Positions 8,282 through 17,045 of a stretch of 20,222 nt of DNA are shown piece after piece; position 1 is the first letter of the stretch, and every line of letters begins with the position of its first letter. The position numbers and the translations under genes are program-made. Source of the stretch: Sulfurihydrogenibium sp. (GTDB lineage Bacteria > Aquificota > Aquificia > Aquificales > Hydrogenothermaceae). The DNA lies in NCBI GenBank assembly GCA_037442825.1, contig JBBIPN010000018.1, positions 1 through 20,222 on the forward strand, written 5' to 3'. Under the pieces are notes generated by a model. The model was not told where the DNA came from. It worked only from the letters and a program-made list of their open reading frames with translations, and did not search any database.

Positions 8282-8409
8282 ATTAGGAACCTCCTTGAAA
8301 AAGTTAGTTGATTAAAATTATAACCTAAATCTAGGTTTTAATAAAATTTAAAAAATATTAATTTGTCTTGTTATATTATATTTATATTACTTTACCAGGA
8401 GATTTAACC

Positions 8410-8946
8410 ATGGCTGAAATTAAAGGAGAAATTAATCAAGAGGTAATAGAGACTCTTATTAATCTAACAAAAAATATAATAGGGGAGAAAGCTACAGAAA
8501 ATATTGTTAGAGCTGTTATGGAAAAAAATAAGGAAAACTGTACTGGAAGAGATATAGTATTTGCCTTTGCTGATGAAATTCAAAGTATGTTTGGTCAAAA
8601 TGGTGGTTATGCTACTATAAGACAGCTTGGTAGAGAAGTTGCTAAAGTTTTAATGGATTCTCATCCAAAGGAAGGGTGGGAAGACCTTTTAGAAAAATCT
8701 TTAAATACTTTTGGTTTTGCTTACAAGATAGAGAGAAATGAAAATGAAGCTTATATATGTAGCTGTGTTTTTTATGAAGGTGCTTTAAAACCAAGGAAAC
8801 TTGGTCCTATTGAACATTGTGTATGTTGGTGTGGTTGGGGATTTATTGAAGCTTTTGTTAGAGCTTTAGAGGAAGGTGTAAAAGGTATAAAATGGGCAGA
8901 GAGAGATTATGAAAATCAAAAATGTAGGTTTATATTTTTAAGATAG
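8410..8946 (+). CDS. Hypothetical Cys-rich protein with a V4R/H-NOX-like C-terminal pattern (178 aa)
   Basis: Start moved from 8368 to the ATG at 8410 because of SD AGGAG at 8397-8401. The pattern RQLGREVA ... CSCVFYE ... HCVCWCGWGFIEAF ... ERDYENQKCRFIF resembles the V4R fold. The CDS is well supported; the fold is inferred. Confidence 0.7.
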   Translation: MAEIKGEINQEVIETLINLTKNIIGEKATENIVRAVMEKNKENCTGRDIVFAFADEIQSMFGQNGGYATIRQLGREVAKVLMDSHPKEGWEDLLEKSLNTFGFAYKIERNENEAYICSCVFYEGALKPRKLGPIEHCVCWCGWGFIEAFVRALEEGVKGIKWAERDYENQKCRFIFLR

Positions 8947-9787
8947 ATTTTTTATATATTTGTAAAGTATTATGCAATAACATAGCTACTGTCATAGGTC
9001 CAACACCACCTGGTACTGGTGTTATAGCGAAAGCTTTTTTGCTAACATTTTCAAAATCTACATCTCCTACTATCTTACCTTCTAATCTATTTATACCAAC
9101 ATCTATAACTACACAACCTTCCTTTACCATATCTGCTGTTATAAGGTTTGGTTTTCCAGCAGCTACTACAAGAATATCAGCTTTTAATGTATGAGATTTT
9201 AAATCTTTTGTGTTTTTATGGCAGATTGTAACTGTTGATTTTTCATCTTTTAAAAATAGTAAGCCCATAGGCTTACCAACTATATTACTTGCTCCTACAA
9301 CAACAACATCTTTTCCAAAGGTATCTATGTTATACTCTTCTAAAAGTTTCATTATTCCAAAAGGTGTACATGGTAAAATTCCGTCATCCCTACCTGTTGC
9401 AAGTTTTCCTACATTGATAGGATGAAATCCATCTACATCTTTATGTGGATTTATTGCTTCGATTATTTCAAGTGTATTTATATGAGAAGGTAAAGGAAGT
9501 TGAACTAAAACACCATCAACTTCATCATCACCATTTAAATCACCTATCAGTTCAATAAGTTCTGTTTGTGTTATATTGTCTTCTAAAAAGAAAGGTTTTG
9601 ACCTTATTCCTACTTGCTCTGAATCTTTAATCTTTTTGTTTACATAAATCTGGCTTGCTGGATTGTTTCCAACAAGTATAACAGATAATGTTGGTTGTCT
9701 ATATCCTTCTATTATAAAATTTTTTATCTCTTCTTTAATTTGGGTTTTTATTTTTTCTGCTAAAGCTTTTCCATCCAATAAAATCAA
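8930..9787 (-). CDS. folD: Bifunctional methylenetetrahydrofolate dehydrogenase/cyclohydrolase
   Basis: LDGKALA, YVNKK, LVQLPLP, KDVDGFHP, PCTP, GASNIVGKP and ITPVPGGVGPMT. TTG start with an AAGGAGG SD. Confidence 0.98.
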   Translation of the reverse strand: MILLDGKALAEKIKTQIKEEIKNFIIEGYRQPTLSVILVGNNPASQIYVNKKIKDSEQVGIRSKPFFLEDNITQTELIELIGDLNGDDEVDGVLVQLPLPSHINTLEIIEAINPHKDVDGFHPINVGKLATGRDDGILPCTPFGIMKLLEEYNIDTFGKDVVVVGASNIVGKPMGLLFLKDEKSTVTICHKNTKDLKSHTLKADILVVAAGKPNLITADMVKEGCVVIDVGINRLEGKIVGDVDFENVSKKAFAITPVPGGVGPMTVAMLLHNTLQIYKKSILKI

Positions 9788-9799
9788 AAAAGCCTCCTT

Positions 9800-11338
9800 T
9801 TAGTGTTTAAAGTGTCTCATCTTAGTAAATATCATAGCTATATCATACTCGTTACAAGCTTGTATAACTTCTTCATCCCTAATAGACCCACCTGGTTGTA
9901 TTACAGCTTTAATACCATACTTTGCAGCAAAATCAATACTGTCTCTAAATGGGAAAAATGCTTCTGATGCTAAAACGCTATTTTCAGTAGATAATCCAAA
10001 CTCTTTTGCTTTCTTTACAGCAGTTTCTAAACTATCTACCCTAGATGTCTGTCCTACACCTATACCAACTGTTCGTTGATTTTTAGCTATCACTACAGCA
10101 TTAGATTTTACATGTTTAACCACTTTTAGTGCAAAAAGAAGGTCTTTTAATTCTTCTTCTGTAGGTTCCCTTTTTGTTACTACTTTTAGTTCATCATATA
10201 AACCTAAATCTCTATCTTGGATTAGATAACCGCCTGTTATTCTTTTTAAATCTTTACCTACTGGTTTTTTATCAAAGTTTGACATTTTTACTAATCTTAA
10301 ATTTTTCTTTGATTTTAGTATCTCTAAAGCTTCTTTTGTAAATGATGGTGCAGCTACAACTTCTAAAAATAATTTTGTTAACTCTTCAGCTGTATCTTTA
10401 TCTAACTCTCTGTTAAATGCTACTATACCACCAAAAGCTGATTTTGGATCTGTTTCTAATGCTAACTGATAAGCATTCTTAATATTTTCTGCAACTGCTA
10501 CACCACAGGGATTGTTATGTTTAACAATAACAGATGCTGGCCCTTCAAACTCTTTTACAAGTATTACTGCAGCTTCTACATCAAGATAGTTGTTATAAGA
10601 CATTTCTTTACCTTGCAAAATTTCACTGTCTGCTACAGAAAAACCTTCTTCTAAAGGGTTTATATAAAGTGCTGCTTTTTGGTGTGGGTTTTCTCCATAA
10701 CGTAAAGAAGATTTTAGTCTCATAGGGATTGTTAGTGTTTCTGGGAAGTCTTCATTTATGCCAAACTTTTCGTTTAAAACGTTAGATATTAAACTATCGT
10801 ATACAGCTGTATGTCTAAATGCCTTTACAGATAGTAGTTTTTTTGTTTCTAAGGATATTTCATTTTTTTCTTTAAGCTCAGTTATAACTAAATCATAGTC
10901 TTTTGGATCTGTTATAATTGCTACATGCTTATAGTTTTTTGCTGAAGCTCTAACCATTGCTGGTCCGCCAATATCTATATTTTCTATAATTTCATCTAAA
11001 TCTGCACCTTTTTTAACTGTAGCTTCAAAAGGATATAGATTAATAGCTACTATATCAATAGTTTGGATATCATTTTCTTGAAGCTGTTTTATATGGTTTG
11101 GATTATCTCTTAAAGCAAGTATCCCACCATGTATTTTAGGATGTAATGTTTTTACTCTACCATCGAGTATCTCTGGAAATCCAGTTATCTGTGATACCTC
11201 TATGACGTCTATACCATTTTCTCTTAAATATTTAGCTGTTCCTGATGAAGATATTATTTCATACCCTAAATTCACCAATTCTTTAGCAAATTCTGATATA
11301 TTTGTCTTATCTGATACAGATATTAAAGCTTTTTTCAA
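9800..11338 (-). CDS. purH: Bifunctional AICAR transformylase / IMP cyclohydrolase
   Basis: ALISVSDK, GRVKTLHP, IDIGGP, LRYGENPHQ, KHNNPCG, SAFGG, QPGGSIRD and RHFKH. TTG start. Confidence 0.98.
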   Translation of the reverse strand: MKKALISVSDKTNISEFAKELVNLGYEIISSSGTAKYLRENGIDVIEVSQITGFPEILDGRVKTLHPKIHGGILALRDNPNHIKQLQENDIQTIDIVAINLYPFEATVKKGADLDEIIENIDIGGPAMVRASAKNYKHVAIITDPKDYDLVITELKEKNEISLETKKLLSVKAFRHTAVYDSLISNVLNEKFGINEDFPETLTIPMRLKSSLRYGENPHQKAALYINPLEEGFSVADSEILQGKEMSYNNYLDVEAAVILVKEFEGPASVIVKHNNPCGVAVAENIKNAYQLALETDPKSAFGGIVAFNRELDKDTAEELTKLFLEVVAAPSFTKEALEILKSKKNLRLVKMSNFDKKPVGKDLKRITGGYLIQDRDLGLYDELKVVTKREPTEEELKDLLFALKVVKHVKSNAVVIAKNQRTVGIGVGQTSRVDSLETAVKKAKEFGLSTENSVLASEAFFPFRDSIDFAAKYGIKAVIQPGGSIRDEEVIQACNEYDIAMIFTKMRHFKH

Positions 11339-12588
11339 CGATTTTCTTCCTCCTTATTTTGGTTTGTTTGTTCTTCTTTTATAGACTGTTTTATTATATC
11401 TTCCATTATATTTGCTAAAATTTCTCCTCTTGAGTATATGTTATGTTCTTTTAATGCTCTATCTCTTCCTTTCCTTCCTATCTCTTCTCTTTCATCCTCT
11501 GCTTCTTCAAGGTAATAACCTATTTTCCCTTCTATCTCTATAAAATCCATAGGATGATATGTTATTATTTCCTCTTCTGGTGTAAAGAAGGATTTTGATG
11601 ATAGTCTTTCTTCTACAAATGTTAATGTGCCAGTTGCAACACTATCAAAAACTGTAAAACCTAGACTTGTAGGGATAAATGGTGGTTGACTTAAAAGAGA
11701 TATTTTTGATTTTGATATAAAATCTATAACATCTGATTGAGAATATATATCTTCATGAACAACAACATTTTCTTTTACTTCACCGTTTACAGGTCCAAGA
11801 ATGTTTACTTCGTAGTTTTCTATAGATTCTACTATGTTCCATCTTCTTAAGTTCATAGCGTAAAGTCCAATTTCTACAAGAAGGTTCATAAATTCTTCTT
11901 CATTTTCTTGTTGAAACTTTAATAGTGCTGATTGAAATTCTGGTGCAAGTTGGGATAGTAAATAACCAGAAGCAAATCTAATAGGCATATCTGGATTTCT
12001 ATAAATAAGTCTACCAAGTTCTATAGAAAAACCTAAAAGATTAGGGTCAAATCTTTCTCTCCAGTTGTTTTCTATTATGTTTGGATCTGTAATAGGTCCT
12101 ATAAAAGCAATTTCAAACTGTTTTTCTTTTAAAGGTGGTATTTTAGAAGGATTTGTCCCAGGTGGTATCAATGCAACATTTTTACCTGCTGTTCTAAGCC
12201 AGTTAGAGTGTTCTATATCTACCGTTGCGTAAAGTATTTGGTTTGAATTTAAAATAGGTTTTATTTTTGTAAAATGAATCATAGGGTCATCTATAAACCA
12301 TGTTATATGGATGTTTCCAAGCATATCACAAAGTGCTCTTTTTTCTCCTTCACTTTCTCCGTAAATCATACCGTCTAAATTTATATCAAATGTAAAAAGT
12401 GGTTTATATTCAATCAGTTGGTTAACAACATCTTGGACATTTTCAGCTGTAATTTCGATTGTTTTTGTTTCAAAATTTCTAGCAGATACAGATTTACTTA
12501 ATCCGTTTATTATATTATCTACAATATTTTTTGGATCAGGTGTTTTAAAAAAAATAACCCTTGGTTTTAAAATTTTATTTTCTTCCAT
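11335..12588 (-). CDS. CgeB/YkvP-like (Glyco_trans_1_2 / DUF3880-type) putative glycosyltransferase
   Basis: TWFIDDP motif, EIAFIG, and the C-terminal FTPEEEIITY...IGYYL...EREEIGRKGRDRALKEHNIYSR pattern typical of this family. Confidence 0.72.
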   Translation of the reverse strand: MEENKILKPRVIFFKTPDPKNIVDNIINGLSKSVSARNFETKTIEITAENVQDVVNQLIEYKPLFTFDINLDGMIYGESEGEKRALCDMLGNIHITWFIDDPMIHFTKIKPILNSNQILYATVDIEHSNWLRTAGKNVALIPPGTNPSKIPPLKEKQFEIAFIGPITDPNIIENNWRERFDPNLLGFSIELGRLIYRNPDMPIRFASGYLLSQLAPEFQSALLKFQQENEEEFMNLLVEIGLYAMNLRRWNIVESIENYEVNILGPVNGEVKENVVVHEDIYSQSDVIDFISKSKISLLSQPPFIPTSLGFTVFDSVATGTLTFVEERLSSKSFFTPEEEIITYHPMDFIEIEGKIGYYLEEAEDEREEIGRKGRDRALKEHNIYSRGEILANIMEDIIKQSIKEEQTNQNKEEENR

Positions 12589-12590
12589 TG

Positions 12591-13502
12591 TTACTCCTCT
12601 ATAATTTGAATTTTTGCACCTTCTCTATCTATATCAAGGACTTTATACTCTGCATTTATACCAGCTTCTTTAAATGCTAAAACCATTGATTTACCAATTT
12701 CATCAAAGTTTTCTGTTGCTAAAGCTAACATTGTACTACCAGCACCACTTAAAGATGCTCCAATTGCTCCAGAATCGTAAGCATTTTTTATTACTTTATC
12801 AAAGTTTGGTATCAATGTTTTTCTGTATGGTTGATGTAATCTATCTTCCATTGCTACTTTTAATAAATCGTATCTTTTTTCCTCAATGGCTCTTAAAAAT
12901 AAGGTAGCTCTTTGAAGATTAGATATAGCATCTTTCAGTGGTACTTCTTTTGGTAAAACAGATCTTGCTAACTCAGTAGACAACTCAAAATCTGGAATAA
13001 CAACTACAGTTTTAATATCTTCTGGAAAATCTATTTTACTGTAGTATGTTTTTTCTTGACTTTTTAATGCTGTGATAAAACCACCTTTCCATGCTGGTAA
13101 AAGGTTATCTGGGTGTGGTTCAAATAGATATGCAGTTTTAAAAAATTCTTCATCTGTTAAATGTTTTTTATGAACCGTATAAGCTGTTAGAATTCCTGCT
13201 ACAATAGCAGTGGCACTACTTCCAAGCCCCCTTGCTACTGGAATGTTTATTGTTTGCTTTAATTTTGCTCCGTAAAATGTTTTTCCTTCCTTTTCGCATA
13301 GATATTTTATTACTTTTATATAAAGATTGTTTTCTGGATTTTTTAAATACTCATTTTTTGGTATAGATTCTATATAGACACCATCTGCTTCTTCTACTTC
13401 AAACTCGTTGTAAAGTGTTAAAGCTAATCCAAAAGTATCAAAGCCAGCTCCTAAATTTGCAGTTGTAGCTGGGACTTTAACTTTAACAATTTTTTTACTC
13501 AT
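12591..13502 (-). CDS. thrB: Homoserine kinase
   Basis: VPATTANLGAGFD, GHMP motif IPVARGLGSSA, EPHPDN, DRLHQPYR and LSGAGST. Confidence 0.97.
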   Translation of the reverse strand: MSKKIVKVKVPATTANLGAGFDTFGLALTLYNEFEVEEADGVYIESIPKNEYLKNPENNLYIKVIKYLCEKEGKTFYGAKLKQTINIPVARGLGSSATAIVAGILTAYTVHKKHLTDEEFFKTAYLFEPHPDNLLPAWKGGFITALKSQEKTYYSKIDFPEDIKTVVVIPDFELSTELARSVLPKEVPLKDAISNLQRATLFLRAIEEKRYDLLKVAMEDRLHQPYRKTLIPNFDKVIKNAYDSGAIGASLSGAGSTMLALATENFDEIGKSMVLAFKEAGINAEYKVLDIDREGAKIQIIEE

Positions 13503-14433
13503 TTATTCTACCTTCTAATATATCAACATACTCTTTTATACCCCTTTGTATAGAGTATCTTGGAATAAAACCTAACTCTTCTTTTATCTTTGTCATATCT
13601 GCTTGGGTATACTCTTGATAAAAGTCATAAGGACAGTCAAAGTACTCTGGTTCTAAATTTGTTCCTAATGCTAAATTTAAGTACTTTATAACGTCATTGA
13701 AGGATGTAGCTTCTCCACTACCTACATTGTAAACTGTAGATTTTGGAGCTTTTGCAGCAAGTATTGTTGCATCAACAGCATCTTTTACATAAACAAAATC
13801 TCTCTTTTGCTGACCCCATTTAAATATTCTTGGATTTTTTCCTTGTTTCATCTGGAGATAAAGTTGGTATATCATACTTGCAAATTTTCCTTTATGGGCT
13901 TCCCTTGGTCCATAAACATTAAAGTATCTAACACCAACAACTTTTATCCCTGTTTTTTCATTAAAATCTAATGCTATATTATCCATTATGTACTTTGAAA
14001 AGGCGTATATATTTTCAGGTGATTTTTCTCTATCTTCTTTTAAAGGTATTTGTTCTTTTACATTTCCATAAACTGATGCAGAAGATGCATAAACTACTAT
14101 ACTTTCATTGTCATAAGCAAAGTTAAGAATGTTTTTAAAACCATCTACATTTCTTCTCATCATATAATCTTGGTCTGTAACAGTTGTGTCAGTAATAGAT
14201 GCTAAATGAAATATTATATCTGGTTTAAAATCTTCTATTTTAAAAAAGATTTCATCAGTAGAAACATCACAAGAGTATACAATCCCTTTAAACCCTTTTA
14301 GATTTTTAAAATTTGCACTTGAGAAATCATCAAGGATTATTATTTTACTGTTTGGGTAATCTTTTTGTAGTTTCAAAGCAAGATTGGAACCTATAAATCC
14401 AGCACCACCAGTTATAAGTATGTTATGGTACAT
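13495..14433 (-). CDS. hldD: ADP-L-glycero-D-manno-heptose 6-epimerase
   Basis: TGGAGFIGSNL, YASSASVYG, YAFSK (YxxxK), RYFNVYGPREAHKGKFASM, RDFVYVKD and YQEYTQAD. Confidence 0.9.
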   Translation of the reverse strand: MYHNILITGGAGFIGSNLALKLQKDYPNSKIIILDDFSSANFKNLKGFKGIVYSCDVSTDEIFFKIEDFKPDIIFHLASITDTTVTDQDYMMRRNVDGFKNILNFAYDNESIVVYASSASVYGNVKEQIPLKEDREKSPENIYAFSKYIMDNIALDFNEKTGIKVVGVRYFNVYGPREAHKGKFASMIYQLYLQMKQGKNPRIFKWGQQKRDFVYVKDAVDATILAAKAPKSTVYNVGSGEATSFNDVIKYLNLALGTNLEPEYFDCPYDFYQEYTQADMTKIKEELGFIPRYSIQRGIKEYVDILEGRINE

Positions 14434-14434
14434 T

Positions 14435-14896
14435 TTACACCTCTATATAGAAAAGTTCTTGCCCATACTCAACAGGTTGACCGTTTTCAACAAGAATTTT
14501 AACAACCTTTCCGTTTACATCAGATTCTATCTCGTTCATAACCTTTAAAGCTTCTATTATACATAAAACTTGACCTTTTGATACTGTATCACCTTCCTCA
14601 ACAAAAGGAGGAGCTCCAGGGGATGGAGACCTGTAGAAAGTTCCAACAAGAGGTGATTTTATAACGTGGTATTTCTGTTTTGTCTCTTCTTTTATCTCAG
14701 GTGTTGTTTTAATTTCCTCTTTTATCTCTACAACAGGTGTAGGTTGAGGTATGTACTGAGGTTGTGTTTGTACTAATTCCTTAGGACCTATGTACTGCTT
14801 TACTGTAATTGAAGTTTCACCGTTTACTATATTTATCTCTTCGATACGTGTGTCTTTGATTTTTTCAATAAGTTGGAATATAAACTCTTTATCCAT
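14435..14896 (-). CDS. accB: Acetyl-CoA carboxylase biotin carboxyl carrier protein
   Basis: Pro/Gln-rich linker, [14 protein letters not shown] thumb region, [13 protein letters not shown] biotin hairpin and [11 protein letters not shown]. Lies directly downstream of efp. Confidence 0.95.
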   Translation of the reverse strand: MDKEFIFQLIEKIKDTRIEEINIVNGETSITVKQYIGPKELVQTQPQYIPQPTPVVEIKEEIKTTPEIKEETKQKYHVIKSPLVGTFYRSPSPGAPPFVEEGDTVSKGQVLCIIEALKVMNEIESDVNGKVVKILVENGQPVEYGQELFYIEV

Positions 14897-14907
14897 GATT
14901 CCTCCAT

Positions 14908-14929
14908 ATCCTCCCCTTCAGAGGAGATA
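14908..14929 (-). other. Intergenic stem-loop between efp and accB
   Basis: The minus strand reads TATCTCCTC-TGAA-GGGGAGGATA just upstream of the accB SD GGAGG (14905-14901). No U-tract follows. Confidence 0.5.
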
Positions 14930-14936
14930 AAATTTA

Positions 14937-15509
14937 TTACTTGTTGACTCTCTCTATATATGTTCCTTTCTCTGTGTCTACTTTTATCTTATCACCAACA
15001 TTTATAAAAAGTGGAACTTGAACTGTTGCACCAGTCTCTATTTTTGCTGGTTTTAATGTGTTTGTTGCAGTATCACCTTTAAATCCAGGTTCTGTTTCTA
15101 TAACCTCATAAACTTCATGTTTTGGCAACTCAATACCTATTGGGTTCCCTCTGTCAAGGAACACAACTACTTGCATACCTTCTTTCAAAAATTTTGATTC
15201 ATGTTCCATAGCTTCTGCAGGTACTGCAAAAGTTTCATAAGTATTTGTATCTAAAAAGTAGTAGTAAGAACCATCAGAGTAAGAGTAGTTCATAAATCTC
15301 TGTTCAAAGTCTGCAAGTTCTATAGAGTCTGAAGATTTAAATGTAAATTCTGTTACGTTTCCTGTTCTCATATTTTTAGCTTTAACTCTTACAAACGCTT
15401 GACCTTTCCCAGGTTTTACGTGGTCATAACCTACAACTTTAAACGGTTGATTATCAACTAATATAAATTGATCTCTTGCAATTCTGTTAATATCAATTTT
15501 AATACCCAT
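14937..15509 (-). CDS. efp: Elongation factor P (190 aa)
   Basis: HVKPGKGQAFVR (Lys-type tip), TEPGFKGDTA, KPAKIETG and VPLFI. Start moved from 15521 to 15509 because GGAGG (15519-15515) lies 5 nt upstream of that ATG. Confidence 0.97.
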   Translation of the reverse strand: MGIKIDINRIARDQFILVDNQPFKVVGYDHVKPGKGQAFVRVKAKNMRTGNVTEFTFKSSDSIELADFEQRFMNYSYSDGSYYYFLDTNTYETFAVPAEAMEHESKFLKEGMQVVVFLDRGNPIGIELPKHEVYEVIETEPGFKGDTATNTLKPAKIETGATVQVPLFINVGDKIKVDTEKGTYIERVNK

Positions 15510-15679
15510 ATATTCCTCCATAAAAAATTTTTTAAATTATTATTATACCTTAAAATTTAGATGCAGATTTTATAAAGTTTCTATTTAAATACTTAATCTT
15601 ATAAAACTCCCTTCCGATTTTGTATAATGTCTATGATATAATTTTTTCATTAGTGATACTCTTTATTTTGGAGATTAAA

Positions 15680-16444
15680 ATGATAAAAGATATTTTTAAT
15701 AAAAAGAAACCACTTATCTGTTATTTTATGGCTGGTTATCCTTCTAAGGAAGATAGCATAAAAACGGCAGAAGTTTTATTGGAAAATGGAGCTGATATTT
15801 TGGAGGTTGGTTTTCCATTTTCAGATCCTGTAGCAGATGGAACAACTATCCAAGCTGCCCATGAAAAAGCTGTAAAAGATGGAATAACACCCTTAAATGT
15901 TTTTGAAATAACAAAAGAGATAAAAAATAAATTTCCTAAAAATCCACTTATAGGAATGACTTACTATAATCCAATATTTAAATTGGGAGAAGAAAATTTT
16001 TGTAAGTTGGCAAAAGAAAATGGAATAGATGGTTTGATAGTACCAGATTTACCACCAGAAGAAGCAGAAAGCTTAAAAAAGATAGCAAATAGTTATGGGA
16101 TATCTACTATATTTTTATTAGCACCTACATCCTATGAAAAACGTATTAAACTAATAGCAGATATGAGTGATGATTTTATATACTATGTATCTTTAACAGG
16201 TATAACAGGAGAAAGGGAAAGTTTACCATGGGAAGAGTTGAGGTCTAAAATATCTGAAATAAGAAAATATACAGATAAGTATGTAGCTGTTGGTTTTGGT
16301 GTGTCAAAAGGAGAACATGCAAAAGTAATATCATCTTTTGCAGATGGTGTTATTGTTGGTAGTGCTATTGTAAAACTTCAGGGTACAAAAGATTTTGAAG
16401 GATTAAAAAGTTTAGTGAGAGAATTGCATGATAGCATTAGTTGA
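15680..16444 (+). CDS. trpA: Tryptophan synthase alpha subunit
   Basis: LEVGFPFSDPVADGTTIQ, MTYYNP, IVPDLP, LLAPTS, YYVSLTGITG, VGFG and ADGVIVGSA. Start moved from 15620 to the ATG at 15680 (GGAG at 15670-15673). Confidence 0.97.
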   Translation: MIKDIFNKKKPLICYFMAGYPSKEDSIKTAEVLLENGADILEVGFPFSDPVADGTTIQAAHEKAVKDGITPLNVFEITKEIKNKFPKNPLIGMTYYNPIFKLGEENFCKLAKENGIDGLIVPDLPPEEAESLKKIANSYGISTIFLLAPTSYEKRIKLIADMSDDFIYYVSLTGITGERESLPWEELRSKISEIRKYTDKYVAVGFGVSKGEHAKVISSFADGVIVGSAIVKLQGTKDFEGLKSLVRELHDSIS

Positions 16445-17045
16445 TTATGGAATGGGAAATTTAAGAAGTGTAGAAAAAGCCCTTGGAAAAGTAGGTTTTA
16501 GTGTTGTTAGAACGTCTAACAAAGAAGATTTAGATAAGTCTAAAGCTATTGTAGTACCCGGTGTAGGTGCTTTTGGAGATGCAATCCACAACTTAACAAA
16601 ACTAAATCTAAAAGATAAGATTATAGAAAATATAGAAAAGGGCAAACCATACCTTGGAATATGCTTAGGTCTACAGATTTTGTTTGAGTATGGCTATGAG
16701 TTTGGAAGTCATGAAGGTTTAGGTATTATTAAAGGTAGTGTAGTAAGGTTTGATGAAAGACTTCCTATAAAAATTCCGCATATGGGATGGAATCAAGTTT
16801 GGATAAAAAAAGATTCTAAAATGTACGAAGGTATAGAAGACGGTTCATATTTTTACTTTGTACACTCTTACTATGGAAAACCAGATAGCCAAGATGTGAT
16901 AGCTACAAATACAGACTATAGTATTCAGTTTTGTTCAAGCATAGAAAAAGATAATATCTGGGCTGTTCAATTTCATCCAGAAAAAAGTCAAAAAGTAGGT
17001 TTAAAACTACTGGAAAACTTTAAAAAGTTTGTAGATGAACTTTGA
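16428..17045 (+). CDS. hisH: Imidazole glycerol phosphate synthase glutaminase subunit
   Basis: DYGMGNLRSV, PGVGAF, LGICLGLQ, PHMGWN, YFVHSY and QFHPEKS (Cys-His-Glu triad). Confidence 0.98.
   Translation: MIALVDYGMGNLRSVEKALGKVGFSVVRTSNKEDLDKSKAIVVPGVGAFGDAIHNLTKLNLKDKIIENIEKGKPYLGICLGLQILFEYGYEFGSHEGLGIIKGSVVRFDERLPIKIPHMGWNQVWIKKDSKMYEGIEDGSYFYFVHSYYGKPDSQDVIATNTDYSIQFCSSIEKDNIWAVQFHPEKSQKVGLKLLENFKKFVDEL

Noticed and set aside
9210..12907. Short plus-strand ORFs at 9210-9425, 10534-10725, 11202-11384 and 12674-12907
   Set aside because: Antisense to folD, purH, the CgeB-like gene and thrB, with no independent coding signal.
851..15509. yebC and efp as a linked ribosome-stalling relief module
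   Set aside because: They are about 13 kb apart in different operons, and both are near-universal genes.
15620..15679. Hydrophobic N-terminal extension of TrpA in the ORF track (similar cases at 8368-8409 and 15510-15521)
   Set aside because: An artefact of taking the most upstream start. Downstream ATGs have proper SD motifs and give normal lengths, and the region contains a TATAAT (15623-15628) more consistent with promoter DNA.
15510..15679. Possible trp attenuator, riboswitch or small RNA upstream of trpA
   Set aside because: No Trp-codon leader peptide, T-box or GC-rich stems are visible. The region reads as a divergent AT-rich promoter.
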